64,000 nucleotides of DNA from assembly GCA_049472355.1 (NCBI GenBank), contig JBLIRP010000001.1, positions 26,993-90,992 on the forward strand, written 5' to 3'. The notes under the pieces are model-generated. The model was not told the origin of the DNA and made no database searches. It was given only the letters and a program-made list of their open reading frames with translations. The position numbers and the translations under genes are program-made. Positions within the stretch are counted from its first letter, which is position 1. Each line of letters opens with the position of its first letter. This document shows, one piece after another, positions 1 through 9,059 of this stretch. The DNA comes from a bacterium (GTDB taxonomy: Bacteria > SZUA-182 > DTGQ01 > JAFGSM01).

Positions 1-65
1 TAGGGAACAAGGAGGTCAGGAAGGTCATCCTTGCACAGAACAAGCTCGTCAACATCGTGGTCTGA
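1..65 (+). CDS. leuS: leucyl-tRNA synthetase, C-terminal fragment (5' end outside the window)
   Basis: Manual translation of the frame ending at TGA 63-65 gives ...GNKEVRKVILAQNKLVNIVV*, a typical LeuS C-terminal tail. The conserved leuS-lptE-holA order follows. Confidence 0.55.
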   Translation, partial: GNKEVRKVILAQNKLVNIVV

Positions 66-124
66 GGTGAAGACACCCCGGCCTCGGGATCTCTACCGAA
101 GTCACACATGAATCGCTTTGTCCG

Positions 125-706
125 ATGATCAAAAAGCTCAGATCGACACTGTTCGTCCCTTGGCGGTATATTGCGCCCATCCTGTGCATCCCTGTGATTG
201 CCGGGTGCGGGTACCGGGTGCTCAGGCCTGGGCCGCGATCGGCTTCACCCGTCAGCCTCTACGTGAGCCCCATCACAAACCGCACCGCATACCCGGAGCT
301 TGATTGGTGGACGACCGATGCGGTCATCATGGAACTGACCACCTGGCCGTGGATTGCCGTCAGTCGCTCGGAGAACGCCGGGTACACCCTGTCGGGGGAG
401 ATCACCGCATACCGGCCGCATATCCCCTACACCTATGACGGCAACAATGATCCCTTCGAGTACAAGCTGCGGGTGGAAATGTCCTTTTCCCTGAAACAAC
501 AGGGCAATTCAACAGGGGAAGCCGGCGATACGGGTGGGTATTCCCGCGTCGTGCCCCGGCTCGAGGAGGAGGAGATATACCGCGTGGGCACCTCGGACAT
601 GAGCGAGATCAGACGTGCCGAACGCCAGGCCCTGGAACGGGCGATAAAGAGGCTCACCAGAAGGGCAATGGATCATTTCATGGGGATCGGTATGCCATGC
701 AACTGA
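125..706 (+). CDS. lptE: LPS-assembly lipoprotein LptE
   Basis: Signal peptide with lipobox VIAGC, then GYRVLRPG, which matches the LptE C-G-[WY]-x-L-R signature. About 190 aa. Position between leuS and holA is the same as in E. coli. Confidence 0.6.
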   Translation: MIKKLRSTLFVPWRYIAPILCIPVIAGCGYRVLRPGPRSASPVSLYVSPITNRTAYPELDWWTTDAVIMELTTWPWIAVSRSENAGYTLSGEITAYRPHIPYTYDGNNDPFEYKLRVEMSFSLKQQGNSTGEAGDTGGYSRVVPRLEEEEIYRVGTSDMSEIRRAERQALERAIKRLTRRAMDHFMGIGMPCN

Positions 707-1719
707 AGAAGGAGGAGTTCTGGGCGCGCATCGACCGGGGCGTCATTGATCCGGTGTACCTCCTGTACGGGGAGGAGGGGTTTTTCATCAGGGAGGGGAT
801 GGAAAGGATCGAGCATGCCTTCCTTGGTTCCGGGGAAAACACATTCCAGCGGTATCACCTCTACGGGGATGACGCAAGCATCCAGGAACTGATCGAGCTT
901 GCCTCCACCATTCCCTTCGGGAAATCAAAGAGGGTCATTTGCTACCAGGTAACGGGACGGGCCACGAATACGGACAAGGACCTGGTGAACCGCTATGTGG
1001 GGCGCCCGGCCAGGGACACCGTAATCGTTTTCACCCAGGGGGAAACCGCGGTGCCTGCAGCCATCCTCAAGCTGCTCAAGGATGAGGCGGTCGCAGTCCG
1101 CTTCTATACCCTGTTCAAGGAGCAGGTTCCCGACTGGATCAGGAAACGGGCATCGCACATCGGCGTCCAGATGAGCCGGTCCGCTGCGCAGCTCATGGAG
1201 GAGCTGGTTGGATCGGACCTGACCCTCCTTGCCAACGAACTGGACAAGATGGCATTGTATCTCCAGCCGAAGAAGCGGATCGACATCAAGGAGGTGGAGG
1301 AGGTTGTCGGCAATATCCGAATATTTTCCATCTTCGAGCTCACCAGGAGCCTGGGGGAGAAGAGGGCAGGGGAGAGCGTCCGGATGCTGCGCCAGCTCCT
1401 TGAGGCGGGTCAATCCCCGGTGGGAATCGTCGCCCTCATCGCCGCCCATTTTCGCAAGCTTTCCCTGCTGAAGGGGCATCTCTCCCGCGGAACATCACCC
1501 TCAAACGTTGCCCGCACCGTGGGCATCCCCCCCATGTACGTCAAGGAGTATACCCAGCAGGCGGACATGTTCAGATGCGAGGAAATCGAGGGAATCGTGG
1601 GCCGCCTGCTCGATACCGATCTTCGGCTCAAGGGGAGCGCCCTTTCCCACGACCTCATCCTGGAATCGCTCGTCTTTTCCATCTGCTCTCCGGAATCGGG
1701 CTGTTTCCGGCTGGAATGA
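697..1719 (+). CDS. holA: DNA polymerase III delta subunit
   Basis: 340 aa. The LYGEEGFF N-terminus and overall pattern fit the HolA family. The 10-nt overlap with lptE is typical of the lptE-holA operon. Confidence 0.8.
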   Translation: MQLKKEEFWARIDRGVIDPVYLLYGEEGFFIREGMERIEHAFLGSGENTFQRYHLYGDDASIQELIELASTIPFGKSKRVICYQVTGRATNTDKDLVNRYVGRPARDTVIVFTQGETAVPAAILKLLKDEAVAVRFYTLFKEQVPDWIRKRASHIGVQMSRSAAQLMEELVGSDLTLLANELDKMALYLQPKKRIDIKEVEEVVGNIRIFSIFELTRSLGEKRAGESVRMLRQLLEAGQSPVGIVALIAAHFRKLSLLKGHLSRGTSPSNVARTVGIPPMYVKEYTQQADMFRCEEIEGIVGRLLDTDLRLKGSALSHDLILESLVFSICSPESGCFRLE

Positions 1720-1802
1720 TGGAATGATCCGCTGCCCGGCTTAACTGCCGCAACGACCTTCGCCGGATACCCCGGCACACAGGGACAATCATTCGTCTTT
1801 CA

Positions 1803-3203
1803 TTATTTCAGGCATGCGGGCCGCGGCTTACCGACCTTGTGAATGGTCATGTGCTGGGCAACAAGCTCCCTGGTTTTCGTGACATTCAGCTTGTGAAACA
1901 GGAAGTCGAAGGTCTGTTCCAGCTTTTCCCGGATGGGACCGAGGTTTTTCTCGGGAAGATCGAGCAACTCCCTTTTGAAGGGTCCGAACCCCTTCTTTCT
2001 CGTCTTGTAGATGAACTGATCCTCTGTCCACCCTTCCTTCCATTCCTTTGCTAGTTCGCTCTTCATCCAACCGTAGATGGTGTCCCGCAGCGAAGCGGGA
2101 AGGGCGGGGTGGTCGTAGATGATGTTCTGAAAACCCGTTGCAAGGTGCACCTCCGCGGTCTCCGTTTCCGGGAACCGGTGAAATGCCTCGTTGGGAAGGG
2201 TGGATGCGCCGTGCTGGACCGCGCCGCTCATGCCGAACTCTTCCCGGGCGAGCTTCGACAGGGTGGCGAGGGTATCGAAATCCAGATTCACCTTGGCAAT
2301 GCTCCCGTCGGGGAGCACCACGCCGCCGTGGGAGGTGCCGGTCTGGACGCTTATCTTGCTGATACCGGCCATGCCGCCATCCAGCCGCTTCAGGGTGTCG
2401 TTGTACCCCTGCATGAATGCCCGCAGTTCCTCGGGGGTGGAGTTCTTCTTGCCCACCTCACCGATCTCCCCGCCCACCGAGACGGTCACGCCATCCGGCT
2501 CCAGGCCCCGGATGTATTTGGTCAAGGCGGCGGCGACCTCGAAGTTGTTTCGCTGCTGTTCCAGGATCTCCTGCTTGGAAAGGTCCACCAGGGTGGAGCT
2601 GTCGATGTCGATATTGTAGAAGCCTGCCTCGATGGCCTCTTTGATCAATGCTTTCAGCCCATCGATCTCCTTTTCCGGCTCCTTGAAGTAATTCGATGCC
2701 TTTGCCTGGAAGTGGTCGCCCTGGATGAAGATCGGTCCGGAAAAACCCTCCCTGATGGCCGCGGCGATACAAAGGGTGGCGTACTCGACAGGGCGCTGGG
2801 CGGTGTAGCCGATCTCCGACTTCGCAATCTCGAAGATAAAGGGACCGGTTTCGTTTGCAATGGCGGTTTTTATGATGGTGCGGGCAACCATGTAGGTCAA
2901 GCCCCTGATGTTGATGGCGGGTACGGTGAGGCCGCTGTATGCCCCCCTTCCCCGTGATTCGTAGAATTCATGGATGGAGGAGGGATGGATTCCCAGTTGT
3001 TGCGCAGATTCCCACATGATATAGGCGATGGAGCTCCTCACGTCCTGATCGTTCGACACGGCCATGGTATAGGCCAATCGATCGACGATCGTGTCCGTGA
3101 ATGTGTTCTTGTCGGTGAGCGTGCACGCCCCCTTTTTCAGATCCAGGCAGCATTCCATGGATGAAAGGAGCTCTGTCAGAGAATCGTAGGTCTTCATCGT
3201 CAT
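1803..3203 (-). CDS. fba: fructose-bisphosphate aldolase, class II, long form
   Basis: Class II aldolase zinc and catalytic motifs are present: IFIQGDHFQ, QTGTSHGG and GASTLP. The likely start is the internal MTMKTYD, giving about 466 aa; the track ORF extends upstream to 3263. Confidence 0.8.
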   Translation of the reverse strand: MTMKTYDSLTELLSSMECCLDLKKGACTLTDKNTFTDTIVDRLAYTMAVSNDQDVRSSIAYIMWESAQQLGIHPSSIHEFYESRGRGAYSGLTVPAINIRGLTYMVARTIIKTAIANETGPFIFEIAKSEIGYTAQRPVEYATLCIAAAIREGFSGPIFIQGDHFQAKASNYFKEPEKEIDGLKALIKEAIEAGFYNIDIDSSTLVDLSKQEILEQQRNNFEVAAALTKYIRGLEPDGVTVSVGGEIGEVGKKNSTPEELRAFMQGYNDTLKRLDGGMAGISKISVQTGTSHGGVVLPDGSIAKVNLDFDTLATLSKLAREEFGMSGAVQHGASTLPNEAFHRFPETETAEVHLATGFQNIIYDHPALPASLRDTIYGWMKSELAKEWKEGWTEDQFIYKTRKKGFGPFKRELLDLPEKNLGPIREKLEQTFDFLFHKLNVTKTRELVAQHMTIHKVGKPRPACLK

Positions 3204-3331
3204 CCCCCTGTTTTTTTGAGATTCGTGGTTAATTGCCTGAAGGTGTCTCCTCCAAATCTGCACAATTGCCGGGTGTCATCAGCCTGTAGCGAAATTACAT
3301 ATAAAGACGCTGTTTTTCATCTGAGACCCTT

Positions 3332-4555
3332 TTACGGGATATGGTCCCCGGTGCATGCAATGAAGCACCGGCTTACCCTGGGCGCAATCGGCGGCGGTTT
3401 CCTTTCCCCCTCGATTGCCGCTGCTTCTGCGGTATGAAAGGTGAAGCAGCATTCACCGCCTGCCACTCCGTCCAGGTCCCCATCCAGGAGGCGGCCGTAA
3501 ATATCGGCGGCCTGATCGGCAAGGCATACCGTGTAGCAGGTCCCCGGATCAAGCGGCGCATGAGGTACAAATATGCACTCGGAGAGGGCATCCTCCCAGG
3601 TGAAGCGCCCCTGCACAGGGGGAGTGATGCTGAAGGCACGCTCCACCCCATTAAGATCCATGGATTGGCTGAACATGATCCTTATGGACGCGTCGGCGTC
3701 GACCCCTATGGCGCCATTGTAAGGGCTGGTGGATTCAACCGTGGGAACCGCTCCGTACTGAGCGCTGAGCCCTGAGGTATCGAAGGATTCCGGGGACGTA
3801 CCGCCGCCTCCTCCACCCCCCCCTCCGGATGATGCCTCCACTGCCTCCTCTCGCTGGGGAAGGAATCCGTAGGGAAAAGTATCACGAAGGCCTTCAGTTG
3901 AAGGCGTTTTTTGGTGATCCTGAGCGCTTCCCTTGTTGGTCAGCTCGATCACCTTCCTTTCCTTGTTCTCGTTTGTTTGCGGAGCATCCTCGGTCTCCTC
4001 GGGCGGCGCCTCCGTCTCGTCCGTTTCCTCGCCTACGCAGGCAAAGATCCCCGGCTGTGTGTCCCACTCTGCGAAATCATCCATTTTTCGTGAAAACACG
4101 AGTAGACTCTCCGCCTCTTCACAACTGCGACATTTGAATTCAAGATGGAGAAGGTCCGCGGTCGTATCGATGGTCACCGGGGAGACACTGATACCTCCTG
4201 CCCTCAACAATCCCTCGGAGGGGTTCGAGACCTCGAAGAAATCAAATCGGTCCCTTGCCTTGCCGGGAGCGTAATTCACGTATTCGAGGACCGCACTGTT
4301 GAACCGTATCTCAAAACCGAAGGCGGATAATTCCGTGGGGCCGGGGCTGATCATCACCACAAAGCTGACGGTATCCCCCGGTTTTGCACTCCGTGAGCCA
4401 ATCATGATACCCGATTCAACCGGAGAAGAAAAGGGCGTGAACAGCAGAAGGGCCACCATGAAGCAGCCTGTTGCGATGCAAGTCCTTCGAAATTGGTTAC
4501 GCACTGAAGGGATCTCCCTGATGCGGGTGTATGAATCCTGCCGACAATGTCCCAC
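3332..4555 (-). CDS. secreted protein with an N-terminal cohesin-like module, an acidic and poly-Gly linker, and a C-terminal SbsA-type Ig-like domain
   Basis: Hydrophobic signal segment, then a cohesin-like beta-sandwich pattern (GDTVSFVVMISPGPTELSAFGFEIRFNSAVLEYVNY). A G9 run follows. The C-terminal region (SPYNGAIGVDADASIRIMFSQSMD...) resembles the Big_5/SbsA Ig-like fold. Confidence 0.55.
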   Translation of the reverse strand: MGHCRQDSYTRIREIPSVRNQFRRTCIATGCFMVALLLFTPFSSPVESGIMIGSRSAKPGDTVSFVVMISPGPTELSAFGFEIRFNSAVLEYVNYAPGKARDRFDFFEVSNPSEGLLRAGGISVSPVTIDTTADLLHLEFKCRSCEEAESLLVFSRKMDDFAEWDTQPGIFACVGEETDETEAPPEETEDAPQTNENKERKVIELTNKGSAQDHQKTPSTEGLRDTFPYGFLPQREEAVEASSGGGGGGGGGTSPESFDTSGLSAQYGAVPTVESTSPYNGAIGVDADASIRIMFSQSMDLNGVERAFSITPPVQGRFTWEDALSECIFVPHAPLDPGTCYTVCLADQAADIYGRLLDGDLDGVAGGECCFTFHTAEAAAIEGERKPPPIAPRVSRCFIACTGDHIP

Positions 4556-4628
4556 GACTATCCATATTATTCATCAAAAGGGATGGTGTCAATGCCTTTT
4601 TCACTACGATCCGGGCTGCAGTGGAACT

Positions 4629-5240
4629 TCACAGGAGCGTTTCCACAAAGCACAGGCCATATCCGGAATCCTCTCCGAATACGATAGGGTCGTCGAAAAA
4701 CTCGCATGAGGGGGGAGTGTCCAGTGTTCCATTCTCCGTGTCCCAGTCTTCGACGCCATCTATAAGCGTGCAGAGACTGAGATTGCTCGCTGCACATGGC
4801 GCTATCACTGCAAACGTGAGCCTCGCAAGCTCGCCCGATTCCCCCTCGTTGATCCCTGTTCCCTCGCTTGGCGCGATGCCGGCAACCCTTACCACCCCGG
4901 ATTCAGGCGTTGATGCTTCGAACATGTCAAATTGCGCGGCCAGTTCACCCTGTTCAAGGCGCTCGAATTCAAGGATATTCGGGTCGAAGCATATCTCGAG
5001 ACCGAATGCCTCCACGTCATTCGGTGCATCATATACCATGACTGACAATGATACGGATGAATAGGTGATGCCGGACGGCCCCATGTCGAGGGTCAGGGAT
5101 GCCGCAGATGTTGCAGGAGGCATGGCCATAATGGACATAAAGGATATGAACACCAGAAGTGCGAGTGCGACGACCGCTTCGGAAATGGCTGACACCGTAT
5201 TCACAGAGAGCAGAATGTATGGTAGAGAGTCGGAACACAC
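4629..5240 (-). CDS. secreted cohesin-like domain protein
   Basis: Signal and transmembrane segment, then VSLSVMVYDAPNDVEAFGLEICFDPNILEFERLEQGEL, which fits the cohesin module pattern. A paralogous module is present in the adjacent gene. Confidence 0.5.
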   Translation of the reverse strand: MCSDSLPYILLSVNTVSAISEAVVALALLVFISFMSIMAMPPATSAASLTLDMGPSGITYSSVSLSVMVYDAPNDVEAFGLEICFDPNILEFERLEQGELAAQFDMFEASTPESGVVRVAGIAPSEGTGINEGESGELARLTFAVIAPCAASNLSLCTLIDGVEDWDTENGTLDTPPSCEFFDDPIVFGEDSGYGLCFVETLL

Positions 5241-5906
5241 AGTAAATTACCACATTCTTCTTAGGTAGATACACGCAATAGGTCTTTATGCGGCCACACA
5301 CTATGAGAAGTATAATGAAAAAAGGCGGCATAATTTATGATTATATTAAAATTGTAGCGTTTGACGCGGGCTTTTGCAAGTGTTTTTCCACCCCAGCGGC
5401 ATAACGTTAATTTCAACATCTTCTCAAATAGAGATAGCAGAAATGGATTATTGCCGCCGTCCCTGAACTGACCCGGGAATACGCGTCACCGTGCGCCCAA
5501 ATCATGGCGAATGTCCAAACCCACGTCTTTTAATGGACCCCTGCAATGACTCTTTAAGGTTTTACCTGCATGTGCGTATACACAGATAAAAAAGTCCGGT
5601 TCTTCAGGGGAACCCGACGTAATACGTATAATCATAAGATCCCGGAAAACGAATGACCTGAGCGGCGTCACGCTTAATGAAGCCTATGATACGGCGCATG
5701 ATACGAACGCCGCTCAAGTATTTGGCAACCTTGCACCTTGCGCGGTGAAGCTCAAAGTCAGGCCTAGAAGGATTTTCCTTTGTTCTCAATTATAGACCAA
5801 TCATTCATGCTGCTTTATACAATGAGATTCGCGATGGGCATGTGATAATGTCACACAGAATTAAGATGTGCTCAAGATACCGTGTATTGAATGAGGACGG
5901 CCAATA

Positions 5907-6464
5907 TCAGGGAATCATAGTGGGATAGCCACCAAAACCTCCTAATCCGCCGTACGTACCATACGCATTGGTGCTGTAACCGTACCCGAGGCCTGTACCG
6001 TATCCCAAGCCGGTGCCATAGCCATACCCAAGACCCGTACCGTAACCATATCCAAGGCCGGTGCCATACCCGTACCCCAGGCCCGTGCCGTAACCATACC
6101 CAAGACCGGTAGAATATCCAGGGTAACCATATCCCAGACCCGTGCCAAGACCGTAAAGGAGAGAACCCCCTCTGGAGTCGTCAAAATAATCCCAATCATA
6201 CGAGTGGTGGTATTCACCACCCATTATTCCTCCCATTCCGCCCATGCCGCTCATACCATAGCCCGATGGGTAAAATCCGTAACCGTTGTAAGCATAACCG
6301 CCCCATCCATAACCGCCGTAGCTGCTTCCCATGGCGCCGCCCATGCCGCCGCCTCCCTTTCCGTTGGCAATGGCATTATAGTGCATTGCGGTGGTCACCA
6401 GCATAAGCGCTGCCAATAGTGCGATCGCCATGAACAACAGATTTCTTAATCTCATACCAGACAT
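5907..6464 (-). CDS. secreted Gly/Tyr-rich repetitive protein (GLGYGYGT octapeptide repeats)
   Basis: Signal peptide MSGMRLRNLLFMAIALLAALMLV. About 75% of residues are G, Y, M or S. There are six or more near-perfect GTGLGYGY repeats encoded by 24-bp tandem DNA repeats. Confidence 0.55.
   Translation of the reverse strand: MSGMRLRNLLFMAIALLAALMLVTTAMHYNAIANGKGGGGMGGAMGSSYGGYGWGGYAYNGYGFYPSGYGMSGMGGMGGIMGGEYHHSYDWDYFDDSRGGSLLYGLGTGLGYGYPGYSTGLGYGYGTGLGYGYGTGLGYGYGTGLGYGYGTGLGYGTGLGYGYSTNAYGTYGGLGGFGGYPTMIP
5975..6150. repeat. 24-bp in-frame tandem repeat array inside the Gly/Tyr-rich gene
   Basis: Repeating ccgtaccc[a/c]aggcc[c/g]gt[a/g]ccgta... units are visible directly in the sequence. 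Confidence 0.6.
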
Positions 6465-7150
6465 ACCTCCCTCCGTGTAGATTGCCTTAAACTGAATGTC
6501 TCATCAGGCATGTTGAAGGTGTACGATACATGAAAATCATAGAGGCAAATTTTCCTGACAATCACCCCCTTTCTCTGTTCTAAAAGCCGATCCTAACTAC
6601 CTCATTTGTCGTGGTGGATATGGGTAAGATCTGTCTGGTTTGTAAGATTTCTTGATAAATGGACCCCAATCCATCATTCATCTTTTTCGAAATCGATAGA
6701 ATGCAAAAATTACTGTGAGTATTCTTAAATAAGGATCTATAATGAGGGTATTATATTTTCAAATGAATAGGTGATACTTCCCTACAGACTTCCAGATCAG
6801 TATATTCGGATTGTACGGGCCATTTTTTGGTTTATCGACTACCAGTATACCGTTACTGCATATTTTGTCAATATTTCCAAGCGAAATCGATTCACTCGTC
6901 TGTCAAGCCAATGGACAACAAGACTCTCAAACACGAGAACCTCCCCACTATATTTTACAGTATGTTAAAATTAAAATGGTTATCTTCAAATTCGATGAAT
7001 TCCCGCACAATGAACCTGTTAAAGGTGTACACGAAGATGTTCTTCGTGGAGGCATTATTGGAAATGGAGATCATGCGGTGACGAGTGGATCATGATTTCA
7101 AGGAAGCCGCGACGGATGGCAAGAGAAGTTCCGCACGTATGCGGACGCAA

Positions 7151-7912
7151 TCAGGTGCGGGGTGATTCGAGGAGCCTGTAGAGAACGGCCCCGCCAAGGA
7201 CCAGGAGCAGGCTGATCAATTGGGTGAGGTTCAGGTGGCCGATCAGGACGAAGCGCCAGTCGCCCCTGAAGAACTCGACAAAAAAGCGGCCTGTGCCGTA
7301 CAGACACAGATAGAGCGCGAAGATCTGCCCGGATGCACGCCTTCCCTTCCTCAGGATGCTGAACAGGATCAGGAACACGGCGAGATTGGCCAGGGAATGA
7401 TAGAGCTGGGTGGGATGGAGGGCTATCCCCAGGGGAGCCAGGGAATTGGGATTGGTGAAGACTACCCCCCACGGAAGGTCGGTCGGCCTTCCGTAGCAGC
7501 ATCCCGCCATGAAGCACCCCATTCTTCCTATGGCCTGGGCGATGGCAAGGGCGGGGGCAAGGATGTCGAGCGTCTTCCAGAAGGGGAGTGCGTATCGTTT
7601 TATGAGCACGATCGTGGCGAGGACCCCTCCCAGGATGCCCCCGTAGAAAACCAGTCCACCCTCCCACAGCTTGAGTATCTTGAGGGGGTCGTGGATATAT
7701 TCCGCCGGATACATCACCACGAAGAGTATCCTTGAGCCCACGATGCCGGCCAGGATCACGAAGAATCCGAGGTCTGCGAGCTTTGCGGTATCGATTCCCC
7801 TGTTTTTTGCCTGCCTGTAGATAAAGGCGGTGGCGGCGAGAAAGGCGATCGCCAGCGCCAATCCGTAGGTATAGAGGGCGAAGGGGCCTATTTTGAACAG
7901 GACCGGGCACAC
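7151..7912 (-). CDS. lgt: prolipoprotein diacylglyceryl transferase
   Basis: 253 aa polytopic membrane protein. The Lgt signature region is present (GGLVFYGGILGG ... RMGCFMAGCCYGRPTDLPWGV). Confidence 0.85.
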   Translation of the reverse strand: MCPVLFKIGPFALYTYGLALAIAFLAATAFIYRQAKNRGIDTAKLADLGFFVILAGIVGSRILFVVMYPAEYIHDPLKILKLWEGGLVFYGGILGGVLATIVLIKRYALPFWKTLDILAPALAIAQAIGRMGCFMAGCCYGRPTDLPWGVVFTNPNSLAPLGIALHPTQLYHSLANLAVFLILFSILRKGRRASGQIFALYLCLYGTGRFFVEFFRGDWRFVLIGHLNLTQLISLLLVLGGAVLYRLLESPRT

Positions 7913-7918
7913 GGTGAA

Positions 7919-8578
7919 TCAGCCGCCCGGATTCTTCGGCGGATCGAGGATATTTGAAAGCAGGACATCCAATTGCTTGTCCTGAGGCCGCATCTTCTTC
8001 GCCCGCATCAATACCTCACCTGCCTTGTCCGCCTTATTCTGAAGGATGTATATCTGGGCGAGGAGGAGATAGGGTTGGGTCTGGGATGGGTCCTTCTGGA
8101 TCGCCTGGATAAGATACCGAACAGAACAATCGAAATCCTTGAGGCCATAGTAACACAGGCCGATATTATAGGCGAGTCCCCAGGTAAGGTCGCCGTTTTC
8201 TATGACCAGTTGAAAGGAATTGAGCGCTGCCTGCAATTCTCCCTGCGAGAGAAGGATGACCCCCTGAGTGAACAGGGATACCGGATCCTGGGGATTGATC
8301 CGGAGGGATTCTTGGATGTACTCCCGGGCCTTGAGTGTGTCGCCCTGCTGGTGGAAGATCTCGGCAAGATCACGGTATGCGGGCTGATAATCCTCCTTGA
8401 GCCGGACGGATGTCTTGAGGAAATCTATCGCCTTTATCCACTTTCCCGCCTTGAGGGCGTCCTGGGCCTTGAAATAGTATCGCTTCGCCTCCTGACGGTC
8501 GTCGGGGTGCGCCCCGTTTCGATTGGTCTTAATAACGCGCATGGTTTTGATTCTATTTTCCGGTTGCCGTTTTTTCAT
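7919..8578 (-). CDS. tetratricopeptide repeat protein
   Basis: Tandem TPR-like 34-residue repeats (W/LG/Y...A...F/YxxA...P). It sits between lspA and lgt. Confidence 0.65.
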   Translation of the reverse strand: MKKRQPENRIKTMRVIKTNRNGAHPDDRQEAKRYYFKAQDALKAGKWIKAIDFLKTSVRLKEDYQPAYRDLAEIFHQQGDTLKAREYIQESLRINPQDPVSLFTQGVILLSQGELQAALNSFQLVIENGDLTWGLAYNIGLCYYGLKDFDCSVRYLIQAIQKDPSQTQPYLLLAQIYILQNKADKAGEVLMRAKKMRPQDKQLDVLLSNILDPPKNPGG

Positions 8579-9059
8579 CTCTCGCTGCGAACAGATTCAG
8601 AATGACAAGGCCAAGACCGATACAGATCGCCGAGTCGGCGACATTGAAGGCCGGCCAGTGATATTTCCCCACGTAGAAATCAAGAAAATCGACCACCATC
8701 CCCCATCGAAGACGGTCCACCAGGTTTCCGACGGCGCCGCCGAGCAAAAAGGCGATGGCGATTCGCACGGACGGAGCGCTATATGATTTCCAATACACAA
8801 CCACCAGGGCCGCAATGGCGATCAATGAAAAGCCGATAAAGATGATCACCCGCAGGAAGGAGGGGAGGGTGGACATCATTCCGAAGGCCCCTCCTCGGTT
8901 CATCACATAGGTCAGATCAAAAAATCCGGGAATAATGGATATATTCATGCATGGGTGCATGAGCAAGCGGACCAGATATTTGGTCACCTGATCGAGAATG
9001 AGGATCGAGGAGAATATGCCGGCGACCCACAGGTGAATCCCCCTTGAATGTTCCGTCAT
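8553..9059 (-). CDS. lspA: lipoprotein signal peptidase II
   Basis: LspA motifs are present: NRGGAFG and FNVADSAI. The ATG at 9057-9059 overlaps the ileS stop codon (ATGA), as in the classic ileS-lspA operon. The track ORF extends upstream to 9146. Confidence 0.85.
   Translation of the reverse strand: MTEHSRGIHLWVAGIFSSILILDQVTKYLVRLLMHPCMNISIIPGFFDLTYVMNRGGAFGMMSTLPSFLRVIIFIGFSLIAIAALVVVYWKSYSAPSVRIAIAFLLGGAVGNLVDRLRWGMVVDFLDFYVGKYHWPAFNVADSAICIGLGLVILNLFAARDEKTATGK

Noticed and set aside
2109-2957. 282-aa plus-strand ORF opposite the class II aldolase gene
   Set aside because: It is antisense to fba, which has the zinc and catalytic motifs, and it is Gly/Ala/Leu-rich with no features.
6480-7150. 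Low-GC patch with several 60-95-aa ORFs (6771-7095)
   Set aside because: The ORFs are short, overlapping, in different frames and A/T-codon-rich with no motifs. It is more likely non-coding promoter or terminator DNA between the Gly/Tyr-rich gene and lgt. It is noted only as compositionally odd.
7098-7910. 270-aa ORF overlapping lgt in another frame on the same strand
   Set aside because: It is Arg/Pro/Gly-rich junk. The lgt frame gives a clean polytopic membrane protein with the Lgt signature.
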